A DNA stretch of 64,000 nucleotides from Lingula anatina (GCA_051362555.1 CM120641.1:6200001-6264000); one strand, 5' to 3'; counted from the stretch's first letter, positions 40,801 to 56,525 are shown. The notes: a model not told the origin generated them from the letters alone. Numbers and translations are program-made.

Positions 40801-43695
40801 AGCTGTATATTCTACCACTGCTTGTGTGCTCCATAAATATACAAAGAATACAATGGCATAACTATGATAGCAACCAAATGGTACAATAAACTGCACCCAT
40901 AAATTCCACCACAAAAATCATAAACAGCAGACTGAATGGCAGACCTTGCGGAAATGACTGTTGTATTAATATATAATCAGACAATGGATCAGATCAATCT
41001 TCTTCCAGCTGAAATGGAAGTCTGTTGAGTGTTTAAAAAAGTTTTAAGGAAAAAAGTTTCAGTTTTAATCTGAGAAAGTATGGAAACTTGGTGGCAATCC
41101 CTCTGCTGTAGAAATCTTCCTTGACCTTGTTCTGAATACATCCTAGGAAATATATAATAATCTTTATTAGTTCTAGCACAATTTTACATAGGCTATGACC
41201 AAACAATTACATAGGTACCATACTTAGTGTGTATACTTAAATGAAAATTCTGTTATACACCCATTATCAGAGGTGAAAATTATATTAATTTATTTGATAC
41301 ATTCTGTATTTTCATATACATTACTGATAAAGATGCTGTGACTTTACACAGGCAGGTGTTGCTTACATAATACAGCCACCACAAGTTGATAATTAGCTAA
41401 TACAGTTGTGGCATTCTCTCTGGGGCTCTGAAATTGGCCATATGGTAAGTGTGAGCAATATACAGTACAGCACAATAAATGGGAGGGCAATTCATTAGTG
41501 ACCACACCTTTTCAAGAAATATAATTCCTAACTGATGTTAACTCTACAAATTGCACAATGAATGAACAGGAACTAACACTGTGATTCCAACAATTCAAGG
41601 AAATGGAGCCGGCCCCCACATAGAAAATTTCATTGTAAAGCACAAGGCCACTTTCATACAACTTCAACTATGCTCTTTAAGTTGCAGAATCACTGTCAGA
41701 GCAAACCTTGCAATAAATCACTGTATGAGTTAAGCATACTGCCCACCTTGTATACAATATATCCATGTACATCCACACTTGCTAGAGGACACTGTCAGTG
41801 ACATATAACCTGACATGCCTTGCTAATATGACACCTATGCAATATTATTCTGCACTGAGCATTTCCCCAGGCAAGTGATAGTAGGAGATAAGCACAAGTA
41901 GAGTGTCAGGAGATGGCAGGTAAACAGCGCCAAAGTCACACAAAGTCTATCCGGTCAATATATCATAATGAAGGTTACCAACACTGAAATTCTCAAAAAA
42001 TTGAGCTTTGTGAACTTATTGATGAAATAAAAAAAATATAAAAATGATTCAAATTAATAGAGAAAAATGTGTGAATTTGTTGTCAGTTTCACGTGTTACG
42101 TGTGCACAGAGAAGTGCAAAACAAAGTTGACCTGATCACTAGAAGTGACGATAACGATAATGTCAGTAAAACAGTATCCGTAAATAACCCATTTCTGCAT
42201 GTTTAAAAATACACAAACAAGTGCACAACAAAATAACAGAAACTTGCAGGTGGCTTTTTCTTTATATAGCTGAAACATAACCAGATGGTGACTTTGTGAT
42301 AATGATATGTTTACTTGTTTTAATTCATTCCTTGGTGAAGTTTATCAATTTTGATGACCTAAAATATACATAAATCATAATCATAAACAACATAACAAGA
42401 AACACTGAATCAAAGTGCCAATAAGAATGGGTCTCAGTTGGCTATCCGTAATCAAATCAGTCGTCTGCTAGGCATCTTATTTGATTGCCGTGATATATGC
42501 AACTTCTTGACTTCATTATACTGGGACATATTTCTGTACAATGGTTCATTATGGGATGCTAATACTGCCACATTAACACCAAAACCGCCAGCCACTTAAT
42601 GAAAAAACGTCATGCTGTGTTGGAACAAGCAATGTCTCGTAAGTTATACAAGCCACACAGCATTTGGTATCAGATTCTATAACCTGTATCAATTCTCCCT
42701 GTCATGCAACCAGACAGATATACTGAGAGATATCGTATGCTTTTTATCATGTCAGTCATTAGTGGTTTTCTTACAACGCAACATTTCCGGTCATTATCAA
42801 ACATAATCATCTGCATCTTTTTTTATATCTTTTTTTGTTAACTGGGCCATTCACAAAAAAAAACAGGTGAGTCATGTTTTTTTTTTTTTCATCAGTACAA
42901 TAATATCACTTAGTTCACAAGATAAATTCAATACTATTATGTTGTGTTGCACCTTCCCTTCCTCTGTGCTCCTGACAGAGGGATAGGGGAGTAAATAGAT
43001 GGTTGAATTCTGCAGTCCACAGAAGCCACATACTCAAACAATGCTCTCCTGTTCACCAAAGCTCCCAACTGATGACCCTGTGTGCCTTTTTCATCTAGAT
43101 TGAGATTTAACCAGAAGTATCAATATTTTAAAGACACTTATTTTATGGAGCTAGATTTAATCAGTACTTTCACTCCAAAGCCACCTTTTTCATAGAATGA
43201 ATGTCAATCAGATATATCATGGCTAAAGACACCTATTTTATCGACTAAGATATAATCAGAGCTATCGTGTATAAACACAGCTTTGTTCTTTTAGTTTTCA
43301 TTGATTGAATCTAAAGAATGGAGGCTGGCTTAGGCTAGCGCATCTCATAAGCTTTCCACATGGTAATCAATAACTTTGAATACAAAGATCAGTGGGAGCC
43401 AGTGCATATTGAATCCCAGAACAGAATATTTAAACATTTATCAAACTATGTGACAATGGGCTAAATAATAACCAAATTATATAATTTGGCAACAAAATGT
43501 TTTTTCTTTCATATCTTATTAGCTTAAAGCCTAAGTGCATATAAATCTCCTTGAGTTAAACAAGATCACTCAAATGAAAATAACCAGACAACCATACACC
43601 CAAGATTAAGGAAGTCTTACCTTTATCTAGTAATTAATAAATGATAAACTAATCTACCCCATTCTAAATAAGGTAAAACAGAAAAAAATCTTTAC

Positions 43696-43789
43696 CAAAA
43701 AATTCCTTCCAGGTTGGCATTTTGCTCGTTTCCTCGTCTGAAGACGAAATTTCCATATCTTCCGTTTCCATTTCTGGTCCTTTAACCAT
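43696..43789 (-). CDS. Putative proximal alternative first coding exon of the RhoGEF (MVKGPEMETEDMEISSSDEETSKMPTWKEFF)
   Basis: ATG to G|gtaaag donor, 94 nt, phase 1, matching the phase-1 acceptor at 34886. Local CpG enrichment at about 43720-44090. Confidence 0.6.
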
Positions 43790-46700
43790 GATATTACCCT
43801 ACTGAGTCTCAATGTTTGCTAACTTAGGTTCTCTGTTTCAGTCCATCTATAAACACTTTCACAGACAGCTTTGTTGAGTCGGGCTGAGCTCCAACTGTAG
43901 CAACATCCACAAAAGAAAAGCCTCTATTCACTGCCCATCAAGACATCCGGTTGCTCCAACGTAAACGTTCAAAATGCACTTATTTCACATTTTAAAAGGC
44001 AATATTGCGGTATGGTTAAAAAGATGAATTAAACATTTCAAAGAATGTTGTTATGCCGCCGCACATCTTGCCTTTGTATGGGTCGTCTGCTGCAACCTCT
44101 GCCTCTGTCAACCTGCAAAAGGTAATCCACATGAAAGCGGGCTGGGGCTGATATAGTGCAATCAATACCCCATCGTCTGCTTTATAGCATGTGGTCACCT
44201 AATCATTTTGTTTCATGCCAGAGACAATTAATTGTCACAGGTAGGTAAACACCAGAGAATCTCGGCATACACAAAGGGACAATTGGCCAGCCAAATGCCT
44301 TCTGCTCACTGTGTGTAAAACAACTTTAACTGAAATCCTTTAAAACAGGGGAAATTTGAGCAATTTGATCAGTCATTGTAGAAAACTCTCTAACATGTGG
44401 CAAACGATCAATAGGAGCTGTTCTGTTTGCCTCTGGGGAATCTCGGCTTAATTAGACTAGACAATACTTTTAGAAAGTGGCCCTTGTGACTTGTTCCTCT
44501 GACAAGCAAATGTGAACAGCATTTTAGAAAAATGTTTTTTTTTTTTTGAAAACCCAAACACCAAGCGTCCCTCCACTTCAGCAGCCACTGTAACAGGAAA
44601 TGCCCATTGTAATGTCTCTCACTCCTGAAGATATTTATCAGTTCTCACCATCTGTGATACTTCAAGACAAAAAAACCCTAAAAATTGCCATATAGAGCTC
44701 CTTTCATGCAATTACCAATACAGCCAATCTTTTATGTATAATGTCTGCTCCTTTCTCTTGACTTGTCCATATGTAATATGCAGTAACAGATTACAAAGTA
44801 TCTCCAGGCTCTTACAGTTTTTTCTATATCATATTCACAGGAAACTCCACTGTTATGTATTCCTTCTGCAACATTCACCTGGTACAGCTTTCTCTTTTGA
44901 ATTCTCTACATTATCATCACCTTGGGCCATGAGTCTTTTTCAACTTTTCACTCTTCAAAACTGGCTGTGTATTAATCCCACCATTCCAGAGATAACGGAG
45001 CTGTATGCATACCTTGGGCCCTAGCTGCACGATGTCTATAAACCCACCTATTTATAACTATGGTCTCAGATAATTAGACCAAGCATAACGCACATAGCAA
45101 GCTCTCAGCTCCATCCAACATTTTCCATTCCATTTGTGGTTTCTGTTCTAAGTTCAGGTGCTCAGCATTTATGTGGATGGAGGTGTCTAGCAGTCTTCTC
45201 TTGAATGTCATGGGTTGTATCAAACCAAGTGTGTAAATCCCACAGGGCGCTCCAGTTTACATCATATTTCCCAGGTAACTCTGTAGCCCACTATCTCATC
45301 TCTTCACTGGGTCACAACACAGTTAACTCTATCTGTTTCCTATCACCTTTTAACTCAGAGCCCAAAGTCATTTCATCCGTCTGTGAACTTTATCTGGACT
45401 GATTTCTGCACTTAATGCATGTACAACTTTAGTCGCCCTCACCAATCAAACATGCAATGTGCTAGACATTATTAGCTCTGGCAATTTATCTTCAAACTGA
45501 ACTCCTGCCTCAGGTAAACTTGTCACAACTGCAGGGCCTTTGGAGAGAATTAGACACAAAGATGAAACACAATCTACTTTGCAACTGATCTTATCTCCTA
45601 GTTTTTGTCACAAGCTACTCTTCTGGGCTATGTATCTTACCAGTCCTGCTGTGCCATTGCACTGTGTGAAAGATGGGCTAGTTACAACCATATATCAGCA
45701 CTCACATTCTCTTCAGGAAATATGATACACATTTCCTCCCTTTAAAATTGCTTCAAAGGTCTGAAAGTCCTGTCCATCAGTCAACTGATACTATTTTCTC
45801 TGCCTTCTTATCAACCCCCTTGACAAGGCATGTAGACCAGTTAAACATGTGTCCAGTTAGTAATTATAGTCATTACAGCAAACACACTCATACATATCAA
45901 GAATAATTTTTCACAGTGAGACCAGTAAATTATATACCATGTCCATCTCCTGTGGACAGTTGGACTCTGGTAAATGATTGGTCAAATATCTCTTATTTTA
46001 GCCAGGTAATTATTAACATGGTTTGAAATGCACACGCTTGTGGCTGGCCTTCAGTATTGCCAAGATCTTATCTGGATAACAAACCGCTCTGATGAACTTT
46101 TAACTCTATACAGGTTTATGTTTCAATTGCAACCTAGTTTTTTTCTTAAAAAAAGAAAGAAATACAATATGCCCTTCTTGAGTAATTGGCTTAATGCTGA
46201 TCCCAATGGTTTAGTGTATTAGCAACCAAAAGTGCTTAAACCATCCAAATTAGACAGCTTGGACAGATAGAATTAAGATTAAGTGGACTCCCCACATCTT
46301 GTCCAAATATACCTGCCGTATTGATAGCTTTTTAAATATTTAGACAAATCTTAAAATATTCTAAGTTAATACTGCTTTTTTTCCCACTGGGACAAAAATA
46401 AGCTATAATGCAGCTTTGTTTATCGTAGTAAATTGGCAAATATTTTTTTCTTTTAAACTGTATTGTTTTCATATTTTTAATTGCTAGGAAAAATATGATG
46501 TAGAATATGAATTTTTCCTATGGTGCGCACAAAAACCATGATGTGCCCACAAACACCAATACACATATATATGCAAGCATAAATGATCAATAAAAGGGAC
46601 GGGCGGGGCACAGGGTTGAGGATGAGTTGACATGAATAGACAATTCAATTATCCTGTACCCATTCATTTTAACAACCATAAATATATTCAAATTTATAGT

Positions 46701-49700
46701 ACCAAACATGGTCTTTTGTTAACAAACATTTAACTGATGAAAAAAAAAAAACGTATCTTTTCTACATAAATCAAAATCATTCAATACTTCAAACTTGAAA
46801 GAGTAAAGCGGTCCACCCTCCTCCTAATAATTGCTAGTCACCAAATATTAGTAGCAATGTAATTGATATATACACAGCACTGATGTATATAATTAAAGTT
46901 CTAACACCTGTCCAACTTTTAATGACTTGGACCAGAAAGTGTCCCCCTGGAGTAGAAAAGGCATATATCACAGCTGACAAATGTTTACTGGATTTTTTAC
47001 ATGGAACAACCTTGGCAACCATTAAAGAATTAATGTGCTCTCTTGAATGCATAGGATGTTGTGATCACATATGGCAAAGTACACAAAACCGAACATTTTT
47101 GAATTTCATAACAGATAAATAGACCAACAGCCAGTTTATCAAAATTAATTACTTAAACCCCAAAAATATGCTAAAATCATTTAATCACTTGATGACACTA
47201 AAAATTAATAACAACAACATATATGCTTTAACAGGCAAGGACTTAGGCATAATCACAAGCACATGAAGGTGCTTATCCCTGAAACTAATGCACTGTAGTA
47301 TGTATTGAGCATGGAAACAAACTCACCAACAGACGAACAACCTGAGTAATTCTAAGCCTGCCAAACCTCCACCTTCTCTGAGCAGCATATCATTCAATGT
47401 GACGTAACCTCTGCATATATGTGATAAGGTATTGGAAAGATTTGCCAACTTGGCCCCGATTCCTTCCTGCACTGAGAGAAGTGCTATTACAGCTGTTTTA
47501 TTGGAGCCATACATCTCTCTGCATAGCAGTTTTTTTCTTAGAGAGGTCAGATTAACCAATAACACTACTGCATACATGTACTACATACAATGTTATCTAA
47601 GTTAAAGGTTATTTCATCCAAAAATTATATGAAAATCAAATGTTCAGTATTTTGTATCACTAAAATGATGCTTTAATTTAGCCTTGGTTTATATTTAAAT
47701 GTAGGGAATATAAAATCCTTGCTGATAACATTATCCAAACCTCTCACCCAACTAATCAATGCAACCTGGAGCTGCTGTTTTAGCAAAATATTTCTCTATG
47801 TACCAACTACCAATGGAAACGCACCATAATTTTCACTTTGTACAATTGTTTTTAATCAGTTCAATTTCCGGAGAATTTCCAAAAAACTTGTAACCCGCTT
47901 ACTACATTACTAGGGCACATATAATGTGCTTTGAAATCTTTCGGTTGAAATTACCTGAGAACGTGAGTCCATGTTCGAGTAATTTTGCTCCACACTGGTT
48001 TTATTAGCAATAAAAAATGGTCTTGTCATTTTCTTTAAATCTCAACCTCAAAATAAGATGCAGCATTTTCCAAAATATTTGTTAACGAGCTTAACAGGCT
48101 ATGCCTCAACTGAGCTAATGTTGTTTTTGTCTTAATCGAAGAAAATATTTTTTAAAACTTGTTACAATCCACAATTTGTTTGTAAGTTGGGAGCAATATG
48201 AGTGAAATAATCCACATTTTGCACTTTGTTTATGGTGCATTCATTACGCTAAGCAACAAAGGCCCAATTTACATTTACAGAAACTGTGCTAACAAATTAA
48301 ATGCAGATAAAGAACATCACAAAGTGCAATCGATTCTTTAACCACCCTATAATTAAACAGCATCTAATACACCCTTAACAATGCTTTTCATGTCAAAATG
48401 TCATTGAAATTGTCCACCTACTTTCCTCCCTGTCCATGTTCTAAATGAGCCTGCACGCCTGGTATGACACATTTAGTGGCAGACACTGGCCAACCAGACA
48501 CAAGAAACACATTTAGATTGATATCTGAGAGAGACATTGAAGAACAATAATTGCCACCTTCCATTTGCGATTCCTATCTTGCCATATTTGTGACACAGTA
48601 CATGCCTTATGTGTGTTCCAACTTGTGCCTTGTGCTATGTTATGCCTATTAGGTCCTTGTTACAGGACCCCTTGTTACAGCACCAAGCACACAGAAACAA
48701 AATGTAGAACTTCAGACTCATTTAAGCAGAGATTCTTTGAAATACGATACACAATTTGAAATATAATAGAAGCTTAGGTTTTTTTAAGCAATGAGCAAAA
48801 GTGATTTTCCATCAAGTAAGGAAGAAAAAGCTTGAAGAAAAAGTGTGAAACGCTTTCATTTGTTCCGATCAGGGCTTTTATGTTGTAGACATGAAGGGGA
48901 AAATTAGACATGAACATCTCTTGCTTCCAGTCACTGACTCAAAGAAGTCTCTCAAGCTTATGAGATTATCAAGCCATCAGTGAAAGTGAATCTTTCTCAG
49001 TGAAAAAAGGAGACTAAACAGATTAATTCTATGCCCCAAGACCTCACAGCATCACATAATGAGATGGACAAGGCAATCTTTCTATTATGTTACATACTGG
49101 GCCATAGACGTTCAATTGGGTTGAAGGGTACATGTTTCAAAGTGAAAAATGAAAGGGAACAATATATCAAACATGCTTTTCTAAACAGATGCCCAGTGCT
49201 GTAAAATGTGCCTGTGAAGAGAAATATTATGGTGAAGTCCCTCTTATACTTCTAATGTTACCAAGCTTTTTTTTGCCTCCAGAGACAGAAAAACAGTCAT
49301 GAGCCTAAAATAAAACAAAACAAAAAAAGGAAAACACATTACAGTATTATGGAAATATATCAAAGGGCCAAACATAAACATCACGAAGAGGTCACTCAGA
49401 ATGGAAATACATCTTCCTTCTCACTTCATTACCAGATCTTCAGAAGTTTTATGAAATATGCTCTTTAGAATTGAACTGATGATATTTCAAGGTGCTGTTA
49501 ATGAAAAGCACTCACTGTTTACTTTCCTGTAGTTCTAGTTCTTTAAACTGGCCAATTTCATGACACTTTAACCACATCAAACAACATGTATATTATTTGC
49601 AAAAAATTCAAAGATGTTATTAATCTTCAAAGTGAACCTAATCCCCATGAACTTTATCAGACCATATGTAATTCATTTTATCCAGAAGTGACCATTTCCT

Positions 49701-50254
49701 TTTGGGCCACATCTTGTGAATGAATACCTTGCCCCAGACAATCCCAATTGTGTTTGTTGTGCTTCAATGGACTGCATTCAAAATTGAACCAAATATCCAT
49801 CACCATGCATAGCCAATAGAAATATCAATTTCAGATAAACTGACTGGTGATGCCAAATGAAAAACGCACATTTTAAGCATATACACCATACCAGTAAAAA
49901 AAATCTGCCTTTTTTTTTTACCAGTTACTCTTTTACAACAGAAAATGACACAACTTTTTTTAATAAAAATAAATAACTAAAATAATAATAACTGGCGGTC
50001 ATTGCTCAGTAAGATACACATAATTTCTGGAACTATTAGAGGGCAGTTTCTTTTCAAATATATTTATGTATATATAATATAAAATATGATTAATCCTAAT
50101 TATTCTGTTAACCTGCATACAAAATGCTTGTGATATAAATTCAACATTAATAAGAATGTTAAGCAACTTCATCAAAAAATAATAATATGGACTATATCTC
50201 TCCAACTGTTCTCAGTTACCCGTTCTGGTGAACATAACATGAATTTGAACTCAC

Positions 50255-50387
50255 CAGTCGAGTGCCTGTGGGACTGTGGTGCCCGCGGAACTCGCAGTCT
50301 GGTTCTGTCATCTTCATGGCCGCCATCATCTTCTTTGCTGGCTGGGTGCACACGTTTATGATGCTTTTCCACCAAACGAGACCATGT
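50255..50387 (-). CDS. Putative internal 'hub' exon of the RhoGEF (TWSRLVEKHHKRVHPASKEDDGGHEDDRTRLRVPRAPQSHRHST)
   Basis: ttccag acceptor and CTG|gtgagt donor, 133 nt, phase 0 in and phase 1 out (matches 34886). GC-rich and open, within AT-rich intron. Confidence 0.75.
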
Positions 50388-53300
50388 CTGGAATATAACA
50401 GAAATATTTATTGATTTGGTGAGTTTAAGCATAAAAGCAATTCATGATACATAAGGTCATACATTTTTGACTTCTAACTCTGTGAGAGATATCTGAAAAT
50501 AAAATAAGTTTGGATTATCATAATAAAAGATGTGGCATGGAGGTTAAGCATATGTAAATTTGCTTGTCTGTCTGCAAAAGAAAAAAAAGTAAAGAATAAA
50601 GAAGATCTGGCATTTTTCTATCAAAACCTCAAACAGTCAAGAGTCTTGCTCTAGAGTCACCACTGAACTTATGAATATGTATTTCTTACGACTCAAACCA
50701 TATAATAACTGCATATTATGTGTGATGGAGCAATCTCATGACAATGCAAAATGGATTACCTACAAGGTGCTTAATGGTGTGACAAGCAAAGAGAAAGATC
50801 ACTGAACTCACGATAAACAAGTTCAACCCTTTTGAGGTTCGACAGAAATAAGAGCTGCAAATGCTGTCTAGCTATCCTAAAACTGGAAGTAATTTTCTTG
50901 TTGTTGCATTAGACCAATCACATGAGTCATCCTTTACACTAGAAAAAAATTGGTTTCACTTAAGGAACCTTTTTTCACACGTGAATGCAACACCTCAATC
51001 CTCTGAGTCTCTAGTCAAATATAACATAAAAGAGATTTCAAAGATAGAATTTGTCAAATACAAAATCTACCCACAGCATATATAATAAAATAACAATTCT
51101 TTCAATGCAAGATTTCTCTCTTGCAGACAATGCTCTGTAGTATTGCTTCAAATATGCTCCTGTATATTTTAATATTCTAATAATAAGGAAAACTGATAAG
51201 TGTAAATATACTAGTATATTCCATTCCCATGAAGTATATGGCATAACACATTTTATGACATCAATACAAAATAATATTCACACAATAAAACAAGAAGCAC
51301 AACTTACCCGTCTCACCTGAAATGGCTACTTAATACTAAAACCGAGTCTGCTCATTCAGCACAACCCATTAACCAATGACTCATCGTGTGCGGTTAAATT
51401 AATAGCTCAAGATTTTTTGTATCAAATTAACCCGACTGATGCAGAGTTTATCAAATCAAAGGCATGTTATATTGAATAGAAGTCTTCAACATCAATGCAT
51501 CATGTCTGGTCATATTATTTGGCAGGTGCCCTGACGTAGTTCTATTGTTTAGATACCTTAGCATTTCTTCATATTACTCGATAAGGTTATAATCATCAAC
51601 ATAGCCTTTTACAATTAATGTCACATAATTATGCTGGAACAGTTATAAATAGTACTTGATTTCTTTTAATGTACTATGGTCTACTCACTTACGAAGACAT
51701 AAATATCATTTAACAGCTATTTGGTCTTCTTGTCAACATCACTTAACAAGATGTATAAACAGGCTCTTCCTTATAAGTGTATAATTTTAAACATCTTTTA
51801 AGATACTCTGTAAAATATTTTTGATAATACATGTTACTCAGAGACCTACCAATGTTGTACTATGTGGCATTTTGAGCACGTTGTATAGATCAAATCCTTC
51901 ATCTCTAAACTCTCAGAATAAAACTGACCTGCTATATCCCTGGTAGTAAAGGTATGATATTCTTGAACAATCGAATTATAAGGGGGAGAAAATTACTAAT
52001 GCTGCATTCTTAAATAATACAAACTTTTCAAATCATATTTTCAAGAAAAAATTTTCACAGCATTTTGATGCGTACACAAAAATAATCACTTTTAAAATGA
52101 TTTTATAGGGGAATTTTTTTTTTAAATCAGGATTTTCTTTTTCCCCTCACCCCTTTTTAAAGTAAGTCTCACCCTCTGATCACTACCTTGTTTACTCCAG
52201 ACTACAGTAAATGAGGCGAGTGGGCTGCGGCCTGACCCACCTCAGTTCCTCCAACCTCACATGGTTTGTATTGATCAAGTGGGAAGGGTCATTGAACAAT
52301 ACCATACACAAATATACGTCAGAAAAAGAACTGGTATAAATTCATTCAACATCAGCTTTTCAGAGTAAATATAATCAATATCTTATTTACGGGTCTATGT
52401 TATTTCATATCACAGAGACAACAAAACTGAAGTAAACATTTAGAACTACTTCAGGGACAGCAAAGTTGTTTAAATCTCATTTTAATGCTCACTTTTCATA
52501 TAAACATTATATATATATATATTTCAATATTATTTCAGGGTATGGATATCCTCTTAATCTGTGACAGGTGTCATGCTGTGGTTTACTTTTCTCATTATCA
52601 AGGAAACCAAAGCATACCACTATGGGTTTGCCTTATTTTTTGGGACATGTAAAAATATGCACACCACTACTTTATGTTTACATAATAACATGTGGGTAGA
52701 GAGACATAATATAGATCTATATTAGACTTGTACTTAATACCCTACATGAAATATTTTCATATTCAGCATAGGTACCATTTAAACAACTTATCACTATAAA
52801 ACGTTCATTAAATGTTTGCACCCTTCCATAAAGTAAGGAAATTCACCCCACCCAGTTTCTATTTAAGTTTCTATTTTAGTCAGGTTAATAAGAATAAGGT
52901 GAACCAAAGAAATAGTTGTGGCTATGAAGGGTTGGTACATAAAAAACATTTGCTGCAATGATGAGTTTTTTTTTTTTTCTGATACCAGATATGAATACAT
53001 GCTTCCTTTTCATCTCATGTTCTTTTCAAACTATAACATACAGCACCAGAAGAAATACTGCTGGTGTTCAGTTTACAGAATCTGAAAATGATTATGAAAA
53101 GAAAAAAAATACAGGCATTTATTTTAAGGATGCATAAAAAATGTCTTGCATTCAAGACATTTTTGTTTTGCTTTTTGTTTTGAAAAGTTTTGCAGATCGG
53201 AAAAAATAACAACAGGAGTTTACCCTGGTCTCAGTGTGATACACTGCCCTTGATGTTCTTGACCCTCCTGATACCATAAATAGCCAAAGCAGAGAAGGTC

Positions 53301-54330
53301 ACTTTTTGCCAAACTGACCACTATGTGGTAAAGTCTTCCCTTATGTCCTCAAAAAGTGTAATACAATATTACAACCCTACAACCCACATAAGACAGGGAA
53401 AATTAGTGGGCATTCTTGCAAAATGCCCTTACAGTTGTAATATTATGAAGAGTTTAAATAAAATCTTCAATTATCCTGAAGTATAGGGAAATACAAATAC
53501 ATTACATCAACTTTCAGACTTTTATCTGATAGACATTGCAAAAATAATCAACAGCAACAACTGCAACATGTATTTGTAGGAATTGTTGTTTCATAAGATA
53601 TTCTACAGAAAAAAACCAACTGCATTTAATGCAACACACTAACTCACACATCATGCAACTGACCTTACAAAACTTGTTCAATAGTTTAAAGTTTTGTGGT
53701 GGGAAACTCTGTCTTGCATTCACCATTTCTCTTGGTATTCCGGTACTTAAATCCATCTTTCTCTACCATCTATGTGTAAATAAGACAAACCACCTATACA
53801 CCTTAGTTTGATGTATTCTTCTTAGCCGGCTAATATATTTTCCTTTAGCTCTAGCTGCTTGCCAATAACAGAAAGTAGGAAAACATATATTCCACTTAAG
53901 CTAACCATGTTAATGTGTTCCTATGCTTCTTGTGAAGTGAATCACTCAAGGTTTAGAGTAACTTGAGCAGCTGCGTTATCTCTGTACATGTGCCAAAAGT
54001 TCCAAGATGATGCTGGTTATCAAAAAGAGTAAAATGTAACTGCTTTCTAATACTTTAGTACACTGGGCTCTTTCTAACAAGAACATATTTCTTACTGGCT
54101 AAAATACTTTACTGTCAACAAAAAGTAGACATTTTTTCTCATTTCTATTTGTAAAGAACCAAGGCATTCTTTAACAGAAAATAAGAATTAAATGAAGAAT
54201 ATTTAGCTACAAACAGCAATTCTATGTTTTATCTCTACCTGCACGCTATAAGAATCCTCCACACAATAAATCACGAAACTAATTTGCGATTTGGGAAACT
54301 AACTACATAGCACACATTATGTACACTCAC

Positions 54331-54408
54331 CTCAGTCGCTACTGTTGACAATACCAGATTATCTGTTGAATGAAATACTTTGTTGAGAAATCCTGATAAT
54401 CCAGACAT
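54331..54408 (-). CDS. Candidate alternative first exon (MSGLSGFLNKVFHSTDNLVLSTVATE)
   Basis: ATG to GAG|gtgagt, 78 nt, phase 0. CpG-rich patch (cgcctcgcgcgtc) about 130 bp upstream. Confidence 0.6.
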
Positions 54409-55296
54409 TATTGAAAAGTATTTATCTTGCTCCTGATGTCATGCTAGTCCATCGCTGTGTAAATGTTATCATTTAGTGATTAGACTTCTGCTGCTATTTC
54501 CTACTTCTCCACGTTCCACAGGAAGAGCATCACTGTCCGCCTCGCGCGTCACAGGTGTACCACCTCTTTTTTTCTGTCAAGATTTTCTTTTGACGGAACT
54601 CTATGACCCTTGTTATGCCGGATCCTCTTTTGACAAGACATCGTGACCCTGTGACTTTTGGTGAAAACCACCACAACAGGTTTAGTACAAGTCTCTATTG
54701 TGGAAGCTGAACTTTGCCATAACCTTTAGTTTTGAGAACCAGCCTTTTTAATTCATATTGAAAACCATACCTGGTCTCACCTGTCCTATTGTAAGCTGCT
54801 TTTTTGGCAGGAAATTCAAAATAAATATACATGTCCTTCTGTTGTTGCATTTATACAAATTATTTGCAATTGAGCTTAATTGTTAATTCATTCTTTTTTC
54901 CTGAATTATTCATAGGATAATGATCTATTTCTACAGCTTCATGTTGAAAAGAATGTGTTAAGCTGTGACAAGTGACATCTGTGATACCACACAAGTCATT
55001 ACAAAAAAAAAAAAAAAAAGACTTGCAAAGAACCGTTACAGTAATAAGAATAAAGGCATGGTTTAAACCAAATGTTTATGCTTATTAAAAGTCCTTTCAT
55101 TTTTTCTCATTCTGACAAATTTGTCATAACTACTGCAATAGTATTTTTCACAAATCATGAACCCATCTTGGTCAAATATGCATATGTAGCAAATATCCAG
55201 TGAAATTGTTTCTTACTTCCAAGTTTAATAAACAAATGACTAAAATGTTTCTTAGACTAAGACTTACATGTTTTTCTTATGAGAAATGTCACTTAC

Positions 55297-55341
55297 CTTT
55301 GCCATAAATCCAAAACAACAGACCCTTTGTTGACTCTGCAT
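55297..55341 (-). CDS. Candidate alternative first exon (MQSQQRVCCFGFMAK)
   Basis: ATG to AAG|gtaagt, 45 nt, phase 0. Confidence 0.5.
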
Positions 55342-56525
55342 GATGTTAAATAAATGGCACTGACCCACAGAAAGATTTCAGCATAAACATCAGTTTATAA
55401 AATATTTTAAACTAAAAAGCAGCACATATGAAATCTAATTCTGTAAAGAATGTTTTAATAGCATATTACTTTCTTTATTATGGGATTAATGACCATGTAT
55501 CAATTTAAGTACCAAAAATTTATGACAGCAGCCAATTATGCTAAAGAAAAGCTTGAGGATATCTCATCTCAGCACACAAAACATTTTCATATTGTAACAG
55601 GTACTGGTTAAAGGACTTGATTGCATTAATTTCTTTTATTGTGACACGAGGAAAATAAATTACAGCAAAAGACAACTGAATTTTTTAGTAGCCAGGCGTT
55701 GCATACACAACTGCTGTAATATGTCCCAGGGCTTACTCAACAGGCTCAACGTCGAACCCCATTATTGTTACAAATGAGATATTTTGTCTATAACCAGCAG
55801 GGGTTGGCCATATTTAGACAGCTTTCCATTGATCAAATGTCAGATGGTATCACTTTGATAACATAACTTGCTTCATTTCTAAATATATTCTCCCATATCT
55901 CGTCTAGTTTCCATAAATTTGCAAAATACTATCCCATTAATTATGTAACCAAGCATAACAAAGACCCATCATGCAATCTGCACATTGGTCAAACTGTTTC
56001 ACGGCCAGAATGATTGTCTGTTTAGGTAAAAAAACAGCAGTTGAACCTGAATATGTTATTAAGATTGGCCATTTATTTGATGGGTATGAGACATAAAAAT
56101 AATAAGAAATATATCAATTTGTACATCATGAAATACAAATAAAAAAAATCTTTTTTAAATATAGATGATGTTGAAATTAGTAAAAATTCAGAGACTCGAA
56201 AAGATATCAAGCTCAAGGGGAGCGTCTTAAAAACATTACCTAAAAATATCTAAAAAAAATTAGATTTCCATTTGATTACAAATTAAAACCTTCACAAAGC
56301 AGATAATAAAACATTCAAGCATATAATAAAAGTAGATATAAATTTCATCAGAACTACTGTTTAATATATGACAACCGATATTGTTGTCCTGACCCAATTC
56401 AGGGGAAATATTCATGGTTATTAAATCAGATCAAACACAGAGAATCTTTTGACCTCTAATTTAATTTTATTATCAATTGAAATGGAGGTTTAGATTTACA
56501 TATAATTAGTATGCATCTTGCTTAC

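Noticed and set aside
47327-47420. Strong GTGAGT donor on the minus strand with an upstream ATG
   Set aside because: Its open frame is phase 2 and the phase-1 frame has a stop, so it is not a coding first exon for 34886; it could only be a 5'UTR exon.
35000-50000. Many 60-118 aa ORFs in the ORF track
   Set aside because: No recognisable motifs, AT-rich low-information translations, all within large RhoGEF introns; consistent with chance.
51300-51360. Two donor-like sites (gtgaga, gtaagt) on the minus strand
   Set aside because: The nearest ATG frame hits TAG before the donors; no coding support.
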